A stretch of DNA of 63,942 nucleotides, counting the filler, from Malassezia furfur (taxonomy: Eukaryota), in assembly GCA_052055015.1 (NCBI GenBank). It is 3 parts of 3 records of this genome, joined end to end, with 100 filler letters (N's around TTAATTAATTAA, not from the genome) between each part and the next. Parts side by side here need not be neighbours in the genome. Positions count along the whole stretch, not along the records: positions 23,833 to 47,551 come from JBQJIT010000149.1; positions 47,652 to 63,942 come from JBQJIT010000251.1; 1 more part is not named here. One strand, written 5' to 3'. Made by a program: the position numbers and the translations under genes. Shown here in pieces: positions 45,817 through 55,030 of this stretch (positions are counted from its first letter, which is position 1; each line of letters starts with the position of its first letter). The notes below the pieces were generated by a model, which made no database searches, was not told where the DNA came from, and saw only the letters and a program-made list of their open reading frames with translations.

Positions 45817-47551
45817 ATGAGCGCGCCCCCGGGTCGCCCGTCGTGGCTGCCGCGTCTCGCGGCGCACCCCGTCTTTCGTGGGGACGGCGCGAGCGAGGCA
45901 CATGGCGCGCACAAGCACCAACTGCTCGCGGTCCGCGGCACGGAGCTGATCGTCGTCGTGCACAACGAGGTGCGGCTCACGAGCCTCGCACAGGCGAAGC
46001 GCACGCTCTCGCGCACCGCGGACGACGCGGGGGCAGATGCGGTCGCCGCCGCACTCACCTACAAGGTGCTTACGCATGAGTGCCTTTCGTTTCCGATTGT
46101 CGGCGTCGCCGTCAACCCGACCGGCAAGCTGCTGGCCGTGTACGGCACGCACGAGGTCGTCATGCTCCTCCTCCCGCGCCGCGGCTTTCTCCAGCACGTC
46201 GGCACCGCATGCCCTGTCAAGGCGATGCGTGTCGGCGCGTACTATCATGCACCATACGGGTGCGCGGCCGTCGCGCAGTGCACCTGGCACCCGCTCGGCC
46301 GCGACGGCGCCAGCCTGGTGGTCCTGACCGAGGACGCCCTCCTGCGCGAGTACGACGTCGTGCACGACCTCGACGAGCCGCAGCAGACGATTGCGTGTGC
46401 GCCTGGCGCGGGCCGCTCGCACGCCGCGCTGTCCGCCGACGACGAGGACGCGACGTGTGCGGTTGCGATGGCCCTCGCTGATGCGACGGCGCACGACGAC
46501 GAGGCGTGTGCGCCGCAAAGCGCATGGCTCGTATGCACCGTGCTTGTCCTGATGCGCAGCGGCGACGTGTACGCCGTGTGCCCGTTCCTGCCGAAGGTCG
46601 CGGCGCTCCCACGCGCGGTGCTCGCCGCACTCGCCCGTGCGCCGGCGCCGAGCGACCTTGCGGGGCGGTACGTCGGAGACCTCGTGCGCCAGGCCCGCGC
46701 CACGACGCCGGCGCACGCCCACGACGACGTGTCGCTCGATGGCGAGGCCTCTGTAGATGCAGCGGCGCACGTCGTCGTGCGTGCGCCCGCGGCAGTGCCG
46801 CACCGCGTCGCGCCGCAGGGCCCGTTTTTGCTGCGCCCCGCGCCGCCCGAGCGCAGCGACGAGGTCGCGCCGGTCGCGAGCGACCTGTTTTGCACGCGCA
46901 TCGGTGCGCCGCCCGGCGTGCGGGCCGCGCCGCTCGACGTCGTGGGCATCGCGATGGGCGACGGCCACGTGCACCTGTGTCTCCTCGCTGCGCCGCTCGC
47001 CCCGGCATGGCACACGGCGCGCGCCGCCGGCGCGCCGCCGTCGGCACCGACGCTCGCCGTGTACGAGACTGTGGCGCTGCCCGTCGTGCGCGATGACGCG
47101 GCGATCAGCGCCGCACAGGACCGCACGGCGCTGCAGTTTGTACGCGACCCGCTATACCCCGACACGGTGTTTGTGACGCACCGCGGCGGCGCGCACCGCA
47201 TCGTCGTCGCCTGGGCCGCGCCGCTGCTCGGGGCGATCGCCACGGACGCGGCGCACGTCGCGAGCGCCGTGCGCGACGGCCCGCGCAGCACGCTGACATG
47301 CCTTGCGACGACACCCGATACGCCCTACGATGCGCCGCGCGTCGTGGGCGCGGCACTGGTGCACGATGTCTATCTCTCCTATACGTTCCTGGCGATCACG
47401 AGCGACACGCAGCTCGTCGCGACCGAGCTGCCGCTGCGCACGCCGCCGACGCTCGACGCCGCGAGCGACGACGTGCCGATGGACGTGGCGTACACGACGC
47501 TGCTCGACGGCGGCGCGTTTGCGGCACCGGCGTTCCCGGCGGCGCCCGCGC
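45817..47551 (+). CDS. NUP82: Nucleoporin Nup82/Nup88 (beta-propeller N-terminus), truncated by linker
   Basis: W...L..HP.F, YKVL, NPTGKLLAV.G...V.V..LP, WHPLG....LVVLT.D..LREYD, LM..GDVYA.CPF.P, QGPFLL.PAP. Confidence 0.85.
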
Positions 47552-47651
47552 NNNNNNNNNNNNNNNNNNNNNNNNNNNNNNNNNNNNNNNNNNNNTTAAT
47601 TAATTAANNNNNNNNNNNNNNNNNNNNNNNNNNNNNNNNNNNNNNNNNNNN
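47552..47651. other. Artificial contig-join spacer (N44-TTAATTAATTAA-N44)
   Basis: Identical in design to 23733-23832; the genes on both sides are cut. Confidence 0.95.
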
Positions 47652-49368
47652 CTCGCACCGCCGACAGCTTCACGTGCAGCGGCGCCTCGGCGTCGGGCGC
47701 GTGCAGGACTTGCATCGCCTCGGCGAACACGCTGTGCCGGAAGGCGTCGTCGAGCAGGCTGATGTACTGCGATACGAACACAAAGCTCCGCCCACGCAGA
47801 AACGACGGCGTGCCATGCGCCATCGATGGCACCGCGATCGCCTGCACCACGTCCAGCGGCCGAAGGGTGTGCTCATCGCCAGGGGCAGTGTCGAGCACCT
47901 CTTCGATCAGGTTGTGCGTGTTGCCCAGCAACATGAGGAGCGCCTCGCGCCACTTCCACGGAATAACGCCATCGGCATTGGGCGCATCGCCCGTGCTCGG
48001 CGTGTGCTCCACCGCACGTGCCACGCCGCCCAGCACACGCAGCAGTGGCAGCGGATAGGTGTCGAGCAGCTGGTCGAGGAAGTCGGTCGTGGACGTGCGC
48101 AGCGTGACCAGCATGCTCTCCTCATCGTCCTCGTCGACAAACGCCGATGGATCGTCGGAAAACAGTTCTTCGTCCTCGCGCGTGATCTGCGCATAGACAG
48201 TCAGCAGACGCACGAGGTGCGCAAACGCGCCGGTCGCGGTGCCCTCGCCGCCCGCGCCGCCGTCGACGAGCAGTGCACGCAGCGCACGCGTCTCGAGCGT
48301 CTCAGCAAACAGGTTGAACAGCGCCGTGGCCACGCCGGGGATGCCACAAGCAACGTCCGCATCGCCATCCGGCGTACTTGGCTCGTCGTACACGGGCTCG
48401 GCTGCGAGCTCGACCTGTGCAAACAGTGGCGCGAGCTGCTCGAGGTTCGCGACGCATGCGACCATCAGCGCCGATGCGGCAGGCGCAAACTGCTTGCGGA
48501 AGCGCGACGCAACGCCGAGCGTGCGCACAATCTCGCGGCGCAGACCCAGCACCTCCCACGTGCGCGCTTCGCGCCAGTCGGCCTGTGCGTAAAAGGCGGC
48601 ATCCAGCAACGTGTGCAGCGCATCAAGCCAGGGGGGCAGGTAGTGTGCCACGGCTTCGTCTACCGTCTGCGCGTACGCCTCGCGCACCGTATGCAGACTC
48701 GTGAGACACTGGCGGAACACGAGCACACATCGCGCCTTGGTGTGCGCCGAGACCGACACGCTGTCGTCTGCCAGGATCTGCTGCAGCGGCGGGATAAATT
48801 GCTGCGCAATCTCAAGCAGCTGGTTCTCGTCCAGCTCGACCTGCACAAAGTCGGACAAGAACTTCATCGCGCCGTGCACACGGTCCGCGGCGCGAGTGTC
48901 GTTCGCGCGGTACGCGAGCAGATAGTCGCGTAGCACGGGCAGCAGCTCGGGGAAGTGGTCGGGAAAGTCGCAGCTCCCGACGATAGATAGCAGCTGTGCA
49001 GCGAGGAGCCGAATCTTGCGCTCCGCATCGCCAAGCGCCTCGAGCAGCAAGAGGTGCATGGTATGTTTGGCATCCTCCGGCACGGCACCAGCATCGCCCA
49101 CAGCGTTTGCGGCCATCGCCTGGCGCAGGTACTCGTCAAAGTAGATCGACCACCGCTCATACACATACTTCTTCAGCGCAATGCCAGCCGCCTGCCGCAG
49201 CGGCAGCGACACGGCATGGTCCGCAAAGACCCGCGCCAGCTCAACACCGTACGCACCCTGAGGATCGTTAACAGGGTAGGCACGCTGCTCGAGACTCGTC
49301 TCGGCCTGCTGCCGCACGGCAGGCTCGCTCGAAAGCGAGCTTGCAAGGCATGTCACCAGCGCGTCCAT
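47652..49368 (-). CDS. Importin-beta family karyopherin, importin-9/Kap114-like, 3' end lost in linker
   Basis: IBN_N-like L..SLS....VR..AE..L, RQ.AGI.LK.YV..RWS, KIR..A...S.....DFP..FP.LL, Y.QIT.EDE.....D...FV.EDD, WK.REA, P.LRGR.F. Confidence 0.82.
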
Positions 49369-49414
49369 GCCGAGAAGCGCGTCGTGCGAAGGTATGGATC
49401 ACGTGGCACACGCC

Positions 49415-49560
49415 AGACTTACCTGGGGTACGCGAGGCGGGCGCTCAACAGGACGCGGCACCAGCACGGTCTAGCACACACCTTGCGGCGCGTGCGCAAG
49501 GTGTCAGCAGAGGCGGAACGGCGTGGGGGCCGTGAGCGCAGCAACGACATGTTCTATGAA
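49415..49560 (+). ncRNA. Candidate structured ncRNA with a U1-snRNA-like 5' end (unconfirmed)
   Basis: ACTTACCTGG at 49417-49426, degenerate U1 loop-like words GCTCAACAGG and CTAGCAC in the U1 order, and a perfect 10-bp hairpin at 49478-49504. No canonical Sm site. Confidence 0.22.
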
Positions 49561-49950
49561 CGATATCCTACAATGCACGCTGCGACACTTGGTCCGTCGT
49601 AAAAGCGACTCTCATGATGCACCGCTGGACGCACCCGCCGTGTCCGCATTCTACCCGGCGTTGCGCCAAGGCGGTACGGCGCACGCCGCGCGCAGTAGGC
49701 GCAGTCGGAGAAACAGCCCAGGCGCGCCGTGCGCACGCGCGCGGTGCGGCGCCTCGTCGGGCGAAAGGCTCGGCATGCATCACGTGCAACTGACCCTCGT
49801 AGCTGGCAAAATTTTCTAGCCGCGTGCGCCGGAAGAAAGAGTTGGAACTTTACAAGTGCCATCGCCCAACTCGGCGACTTGATCGTGGACGGCGTACAGA
49901 CAGCTTGGAACGTTCGAGTCGAATTCACTACACATCAACACAACACCATC

Positions 49951-51549
49951 ATGACAGTCGACTTCTTCCAAGCATGCCAGCAGGGCGACGTGGCCGTCGT
50001 TCGGCAACAGCTCGAGCAGAACCCCGCCCTGGCGAACGCACATGGTACGTGTGCATTACCACTCACACCAGATGACGCCAAGGGCTCGCCACTCACGCTT
50101 GCTGCGCAGGCGGGGCACACCGAGGTTGTCCGCGAGCTCCTTGCACACAGTATGTCGCACGACACTCACCCAGACGCCGACGCTCGCCTGGCTCAGGCAC
50201 AGGTCACGTCCACTGATACCAACGCTGAGGCACTCAGTGTTCTCCGTGAGGCTGCGCTGCACGCAGACACGCGCCTCGCGAACGGCGCTGCGCCACATGG
50301 GCAAAAGAGCGACGCACACGAGGGGAATACGAACGCGAATTTGCCACCCCCGGAGGTCGCACGCATGATTCCCTGCCGATTCTTCCCCAACTGCCGCTAC
50401 GGTGACCGCTGCCTCTTTTTCCACCCGACCGGCCCGATGATGGCTCCGCCGCAGGGCGCGCAGCCCATGTTCTTCCCTGGCCCGAATGGTATGCCCTTCT
50501 CCCCTGCGCCAGGCGCTTACGGTGTGCCGCCGCCGCAGTTTATGGACATGAACCACCCCATGATGCCGATGCACTACGGCCCTAACGGCATGCCGCTCTA
50601 CCCGCAGCAGCCCGTGCCTGCGCCGGAGGCAGGCGTGGAGCCGAACGGCGAGCAGACCGCCGCGCAACCCGCTGCACAGCCCGAGGCCAGCGGAACGGAC
50701 ACCGAGATGGACGCGTTGGCCAACAGCATGGATACCCTGGGAAGCAACCACATGGACGCAGACACCGCCTCGACCAACGCGCCCCGCACCGGCCGCGCCA
50801 CGAACAAAAACAAGAGCGGCAACAAGGGCCGCAACGACTCGACGAACGGCGCGCAGCGCAACCGCTCCAACAACGGTAGCCGCCCGTCCTGTGCCTTCTT
50901 TGCACGCTCTGCATGCCGCTACGGCAATGACTGCCGCTTCCCCCACATTCTCCCTGACGGTACCGACGCCCGCACACTCCCGAACGAAGACGGGAAGCCC
51001 AAGGGCAGCGCGCTGCGTCGCGCACAAAACGCATCGACGGAACGCGCCTCGACCGACTCGCCCGACTCGCCGACGGCGGGTGCGGCCGGTGCGAAGAAGT
51101 CGAACCCCCGCAACGCCCGCACGGCGGGCACCAACAGCACGCGCGGCAAGGGCGCTCGCCGCGGCACTGCTCCGGCGCCCAACCGCAAGACGGTGCAGCG
51201 CGTGCCCAACAGCGACGAGTTCCCTGCGCTCCCGGGCGGTGCGCCGGGCGCACAGCGCCCTGATGCCTCGAGCGAGAACAGCGCGGCCGAGAACAACACC
51301 GAGAACAAGCCCAAAGCCAACTTCTCAGCGATCCTGAGCGCCCCGGCGCCGCCCAAGCCGGCCAAGGCCCCCAAGGCCGAGGGTGAGGAGGCTGCCAAGC
51401 CGGCGGCCGCTGCCCCGGCTCCGGCGGCTGCCGAGCAGGAACCGGCGGCTCAGAATGAGTCCAGCCCGCAGCAAGCCTCGAGCGCCACGACGAGCCCGCG
51501 CGACTTTGCGACGGTGGCCGCGGCGCAGTCGAACGCGGTGTCTGCGTGA
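49951..51549 (+). CDS. Ankyrin-like + two CCCH zinc-finger low-complexity protein (2 probable in-frame introns)
   Basis: FFQACQQGD...V..L and SPL.LAA..GH.EVV.ELL (ankyrin-like); CRFFPNCRYGDRCLFFH and CAFFARSACRYGNDCRFPH; EFPAL motif. Confidence 0.8.
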   Translation: MTVDFFQACQQGDVAVVRQQLEQNPALANAHGTCALPLTPDDAKGSPLTLAAQAGHTEVVRELLAHSMSHDTHPDADARLAQAQVTSTDTNAEALSVLREAALHADTRLANGAAPHGQKSDAHEGNTNANLPPPEVARMIPCRFFPNCRYGDRCLFFHPTGPMMAPPQGAQPMFFPGPNGMPFSPAPGAYGVPPPQFMDMNHPMMPMHYGPNGMPLYPQQPVPAPEAGVEPNGEQTAAQPAAQPEASGTDTEMDALANSMDTLGSNHMDADTASTNAPRTGRATNKNKSGNKGRNDSTNGAQRNRSNNGSRPSCAFFARSACRYGNDCRFPHILPDGTDARTLPNEDGKPKGSALRRAQNASTERASTDSPDSPTAGAAGAKKSNPRNARTAGTNSTRGKGARRGTAPAPNRKTVQRVPNSDEFPALPGGAPGAQRPDASSENSAAENNTENKPKANFSAILSAPAPPKPAKAPKAEGEEAAKPAAAAPAPAAAEQEPAAQNESSPQQASSATTSPRDFATVAAAQSNAVSA

Positions 51550-52079
51550 GGGCTGGATGCGCAACTCACGTCTTATGACCTTGCATCTTGAGACTTTTTT
51601 TTTCTGAGGAACATGTGCCAGGCTGCGGATCACACTGCAGTTGGGTGCGTGAGACTGCTTGTCGATGTACAATACCCGACTTTTTGCCTCGTCATCGTCA
51701 AAAAAAAACTAGAAAAAAAAATCTGGACCTTCGTCCCCTACCTCTCTCTCTCTTCCACGACTCGTAAGCGTTGGTCTGTCTTGATAGGCTCTCGCTTACA
51801 TCCCCCTTGTGTATAGTGTCGGTAGTGCATGCGAACCATGCCGGCCTGTGCGCATCCCCCTCCATTTATCTCTACGAACTTTTCGTGTGACCGATGAAAT
51901 ACGTAGTATTTGGCGCCTTTTTCCCAGTGGGGGGGCATGTGGAGCATGTCCTTGGTGACACAAACGCATGAACTGGGGTAAGTACGAGGCAGACGTTTCC
52001 GCTACTACCTTCCCCATGCTCAATGTACAATTCACAGAAGGCACAAAGTCCAAACGGCCATTCTTCTTACACACCCTGT

Positions 52080-52278
52080 TTCGGCATGGTCCGAGCGCAA
52101 GACATAATATGTGTTCTGGTTCGGCATGGTCCGAGCGCNNNNNNNNNNNNNNNNNNNNNNNNNNNNNNNNNNNNNNNNNNNNNNNNNNNNNNNNNNNNNN
52201 NNNNNNNNNNNNNNNNNNNTTCGGCATGGTCCGAGCGCAAGACATAATATGTGTTCTGGTTCGGCATGGTCCGAGCGC
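52080..52278. repeat. 40-bp tandem repeat interrupted by an 81-N scaffold gap
   Basis: Unit TCGGCATGGTCCGAGCGCAAGACATAATATGTGTTCTGGT; about 1.5 units on each side of the N run 52139-52219. Confidence 0.85.
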
Positions 52279-52367
52279 GGAAGCGGCCCGCATCCGCAGA
52301 TATCGACGTCAAGTGGCTCGCCTAATGCCATAAATACAGCACACCTATAGCACTAGTAGTGCCAGCG

Positions 52368-53253
52368 ATGGTCGTTCACGTCCCCAGTGTACCGCTTCTC
52401 ATGTGCATGCAGCCGGTGTTTCTCTGGCCGCCGCCGCTCACGACTGTGCCCGTATGTCAAGCATGGCCCGAGAAAGGCATAGAGCGGCCACAGGCCTCGG
52501 AACATCAAGTCAAACAACCCTCGACCACACGCGTGCGACTGTGGCTCTATGCTCGGGGCTTTCCCTATGGCACGGAAGCTTGTCGTGCGCTCGAGACCGA
52601 CCTGCATGCGTTTTTCTCGAACTGGGCCCCCGTTGAGTGTGTTGTGGCACATATTGATGCTGCGACAGGCTGGACACAGGGCGTCTACGTGGGATTCGTG
52701 CATCCCATCTACGCCCAGGCAGTCCTCGATGGCGCGCCTTACGTACCGTTCTACGGATTGTTTTTGTGCATCGAGCCGGTTCGAGGCGAGGCCACCCTCC
52801 GGATCCGCTTCCCCTATCATGAACTGGACACATACCCTGCCGAACAGAGGATGCCATCGGTGCTCGAAACGCGCACCGCGTCGCTTCTCGCGCCGTTCCG
52901 TCGGGATGGTCAGCCCCACACCGCGGTGTCCGGCCAAGAGGTGGGAGCTAGTCTAATGCAGCTCGTAAACCATCTCGCAGAATGCTATGGAGACATTCAG
53001 CAGGCCGCAGAGGTTGAATACGGCCAAGATCGTGTGCTGGATATCACGTTCACCCACCGGACCCAGGCGGCACAGGCACTCGACGTACGTCGCCTGCTGA
53101 TCCAAGGAGCTTCTGCCGCTCACCCAATCACACCGATTCGATGTGCATTGGAGCCCAGCACAAGACATAGTGCCCCAGCCGCGCCCCTCCCGCATTCAGA
53201 TCTATGCGGCACATCCAGCGCACAAGGCAACCGAGGAACGCTCGACAAAATAG
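52368..53253 (+). CDS. Hypothetical protein with two divergent RRM-like domains (1 probable 22-nt intron near 53085)
   Basis: LWLYARGFP...DL.AFFS.W.PV......TG..QGVYVGF....A..V resembles RNP2/RNP1; second unit YGDI.......DITF.....A..AL. Splicing gtacgtcgcctgctgatccaag gives a stop at 53251-53253. TATA-like CATAAATA at 52329. Confidence 0.55.
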
Positions 53254-53279
53254 GTATGCGTTTGGCAGAGTACAAAATT

Positions 53280-53686
53280 CTAGTCGGTGGCTGCCACGGT
53301 CTTGAGCTGAATGAGCCATCGAAACGCACCTGCAGACCGTGGATCCCCTGGATCACTTCCTTGATCTCCTTGTTCACCATACGATGCGCCTGGATCGTCG
53401 ACTTGCCATCAAATGCCTTCGATTTGAGCAGGATGGCAAAGAAGGATCCGCAACCGCCTACGATGAGTGCCGACCACATACCACTAATGTCCTGCACTTG
53501 CAGATCCACCGGCTGGAATTTTTCTTTGAGGATGCTCACGATGCGGTTTTGTTTAGCTTCCGGCGAAGAAAGGTCTTCGCTGCGTGCGATAGACGACGAA
53601 GCAAAGCTGCGCATGTATGCCGGCCTCAGCACGGCCGTATTCCCCAGCGGCACGCGCTGCGCACGAAGTGCTTGGCGCACGAACAT
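53280..53686 (-). CDS. Mitochondrial BolA-family protein (Bol3/Aim1-like), 2 introns
   Basis: Presequence, L.VQDISG|GCGSFF.I...S..F.G.S.I..HRMVN..I..IHGLQ|LKT. Confidence 0.9.
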
Positions 53687-53754
53687 GTTGGACGAGAGAG
53701 AAAGTCACTGCTGACAAATGGGTAAGTCCACCTCCACCGTGGGGTATACGGTTA

Positions 53755-55005
53755 CTACTCGAAGTCGAATTCCAACGCGTACGCGGTGGATTTCGGCGGG
53801 CGGTGCGGGGCGTCCGGAGACGAGTGTCGGCGTTTTTCTCCTGCCGCCACTGAAGGGAAGCTCCCAAAGGTATCTGGATGTGCGGGCAAGGGCGACTCAG
53901 TGAAGTAGGGATGCTGTAGTGCCTCTTCCGCCGTGATGCGCCGCTGAGGATCGTACGTCAGCAGGCACTCCAATAGGTCGAGGGTCGCTTCCGTCGAGTA
54001 GCGGAAATGGTGATGCAGATTACTTTTCGTCGGCCCTGTGCCCTGCATGACGCGTCCATTAGGAAGCGACGCAATGCCTGGCCACGTCGCTTCGGTCGGC
54101 TTGCCGAGCAGGCGAAAGATGCGCGCCAACTGATCTGTCTCGTTCTTTCCCTGAAACAGCGGCTCCTTGAGCAGCAGCTCGCCAAAAATACATCCCACCG
54201 ACCACATGTCCACGGCAGTGTCGTAGATCGAGGTGCCCAGTAGCAATTCCGGTGCGCGGTACCACAGGGTGACGACTAGCGCCGTCATGTCCTTCAGTGG
54301 GTCGCCAAACAACCGCGCAAGACCAAAGTCGGCGATTTTGATGCGCCCACGGTTTGTCATGAGCAGGTTGGACGTTTTCAAGTCACGATGCACGATCCAG
54401 CGAGAGTGCATCAGGGAGACAGCAGAGAGAAGCTGTTGCATCAGTGTCTTGACCTCGGACGGAAGAAAGGGCGTTCGCATTGAACCGAGCAGCGATTTTA
54501 GATCGTGCTCCACGAATTCCATCACGAGGAACACCTGAGAGAGGGTGTCGCCGACCACCAGCTCTTTGAGCTCGACAATGTGAGGGTGACGGGCCTCCAG
54601 CAGGGTATGAATCTCGCGCAGCGACGTGATGGGAAAACCCTGCTTTTCCTTGTCGAGCTTCAACTGTTTGAGCGCGACAATTTCGCCGGTGGCTCGATTA
54701 CGCGCGCGCGATACAATGCCATACGAGCCTTCCTCGATGCGGTTGAGCCTCTCAAACTCGGATACGGACCGGCACCCGGCAATGGGTGGGTACGCGCTGC
54801 GCGGCGGCATGGCCGACCGCGGCGTCGGTGCGTGGGGTGCACCAGCCGGTGTTGCCGTTTCCCGCTGGCGCCGCCGCGCGATGGAGGCACGCGCGGCTTC
54901 TTTTGCGCGTGCCTCGCGCTCGGCGGCCTCGCGCGCGGCCTCGGTATCGCGGTCATCTACCGCGTCGCCCTCCGTGCGCCGAGGGGCGCCGCCGTCCATG
55001 GCCAT
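53755..55005 (-). CDS. CDK11: Cyclin-dependent kinase CDK11/PITSLRE family
   Basis: GCRSV.EFERLNRIEEGSYG.V, GFPITSLREI, FVEHDLK.L, HRDLKTSNLL, DFGLAR, VVTLWYRAPELLLG. Confidence 0.92.
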   Translation of the reverse strand: MAMDGGAPRRTEGDAVDDRDTEAAREAAEREARAKEAARASIARRRQRETATPAGAPHAPTPRSAMPPRSAYPPIAGCRSVSEFERLNRIEEGSYGIVSRARNRATGEIVALKQLKLDKEKQGFPITSLREIHTLLEARHPHIVELKELVVGDTLSQVFLVMEFVEHDLKSLLGSMRTPFLPSEVKTLMQQLLSAVSLMHSRWIVHRDLKTSNLLMTNRGRIKIADFGLARLFGDPLKDMTALVVTLWYRAPELLLGTSIYDTAVDMWSVGCIFGELLLKEPLFQGKNETDQLARIFRLLGKPTEATWPGIASLPNGRVMQGTGPTKSNLHHHFRYSTEATLDLLECLLTYDPQRRITAEEALQHPYFTESPLPAHPDTFGSFPSVAAGEKRRHSSPDAPHRPPKSTAYALEFDFE

Positions 55006-55030
55006 CCGCGCCGAGTTCCTATCACGTGCT

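Noticed and set aside
49530..49600. Minus-strand AGGATATCGTTCATAG resembling U3 snoRNA box A
   Set aside because: The match is only partial and no box C', B, C or D could be placed.
52080..52278. CRISPR-like repeat-spacer appearance
   Set aside because: The 'spacers' are identical, the genome is eukaryotic and there are no cas genes; it is a tandem repeat.
53254..53714. C-terminal extension of the 451-aa ORF 52359..53714
   Set aside because: It is antisense to the BolA gene; a consensus 22-nt intron near 53085 gives an earlier stop at 53253.
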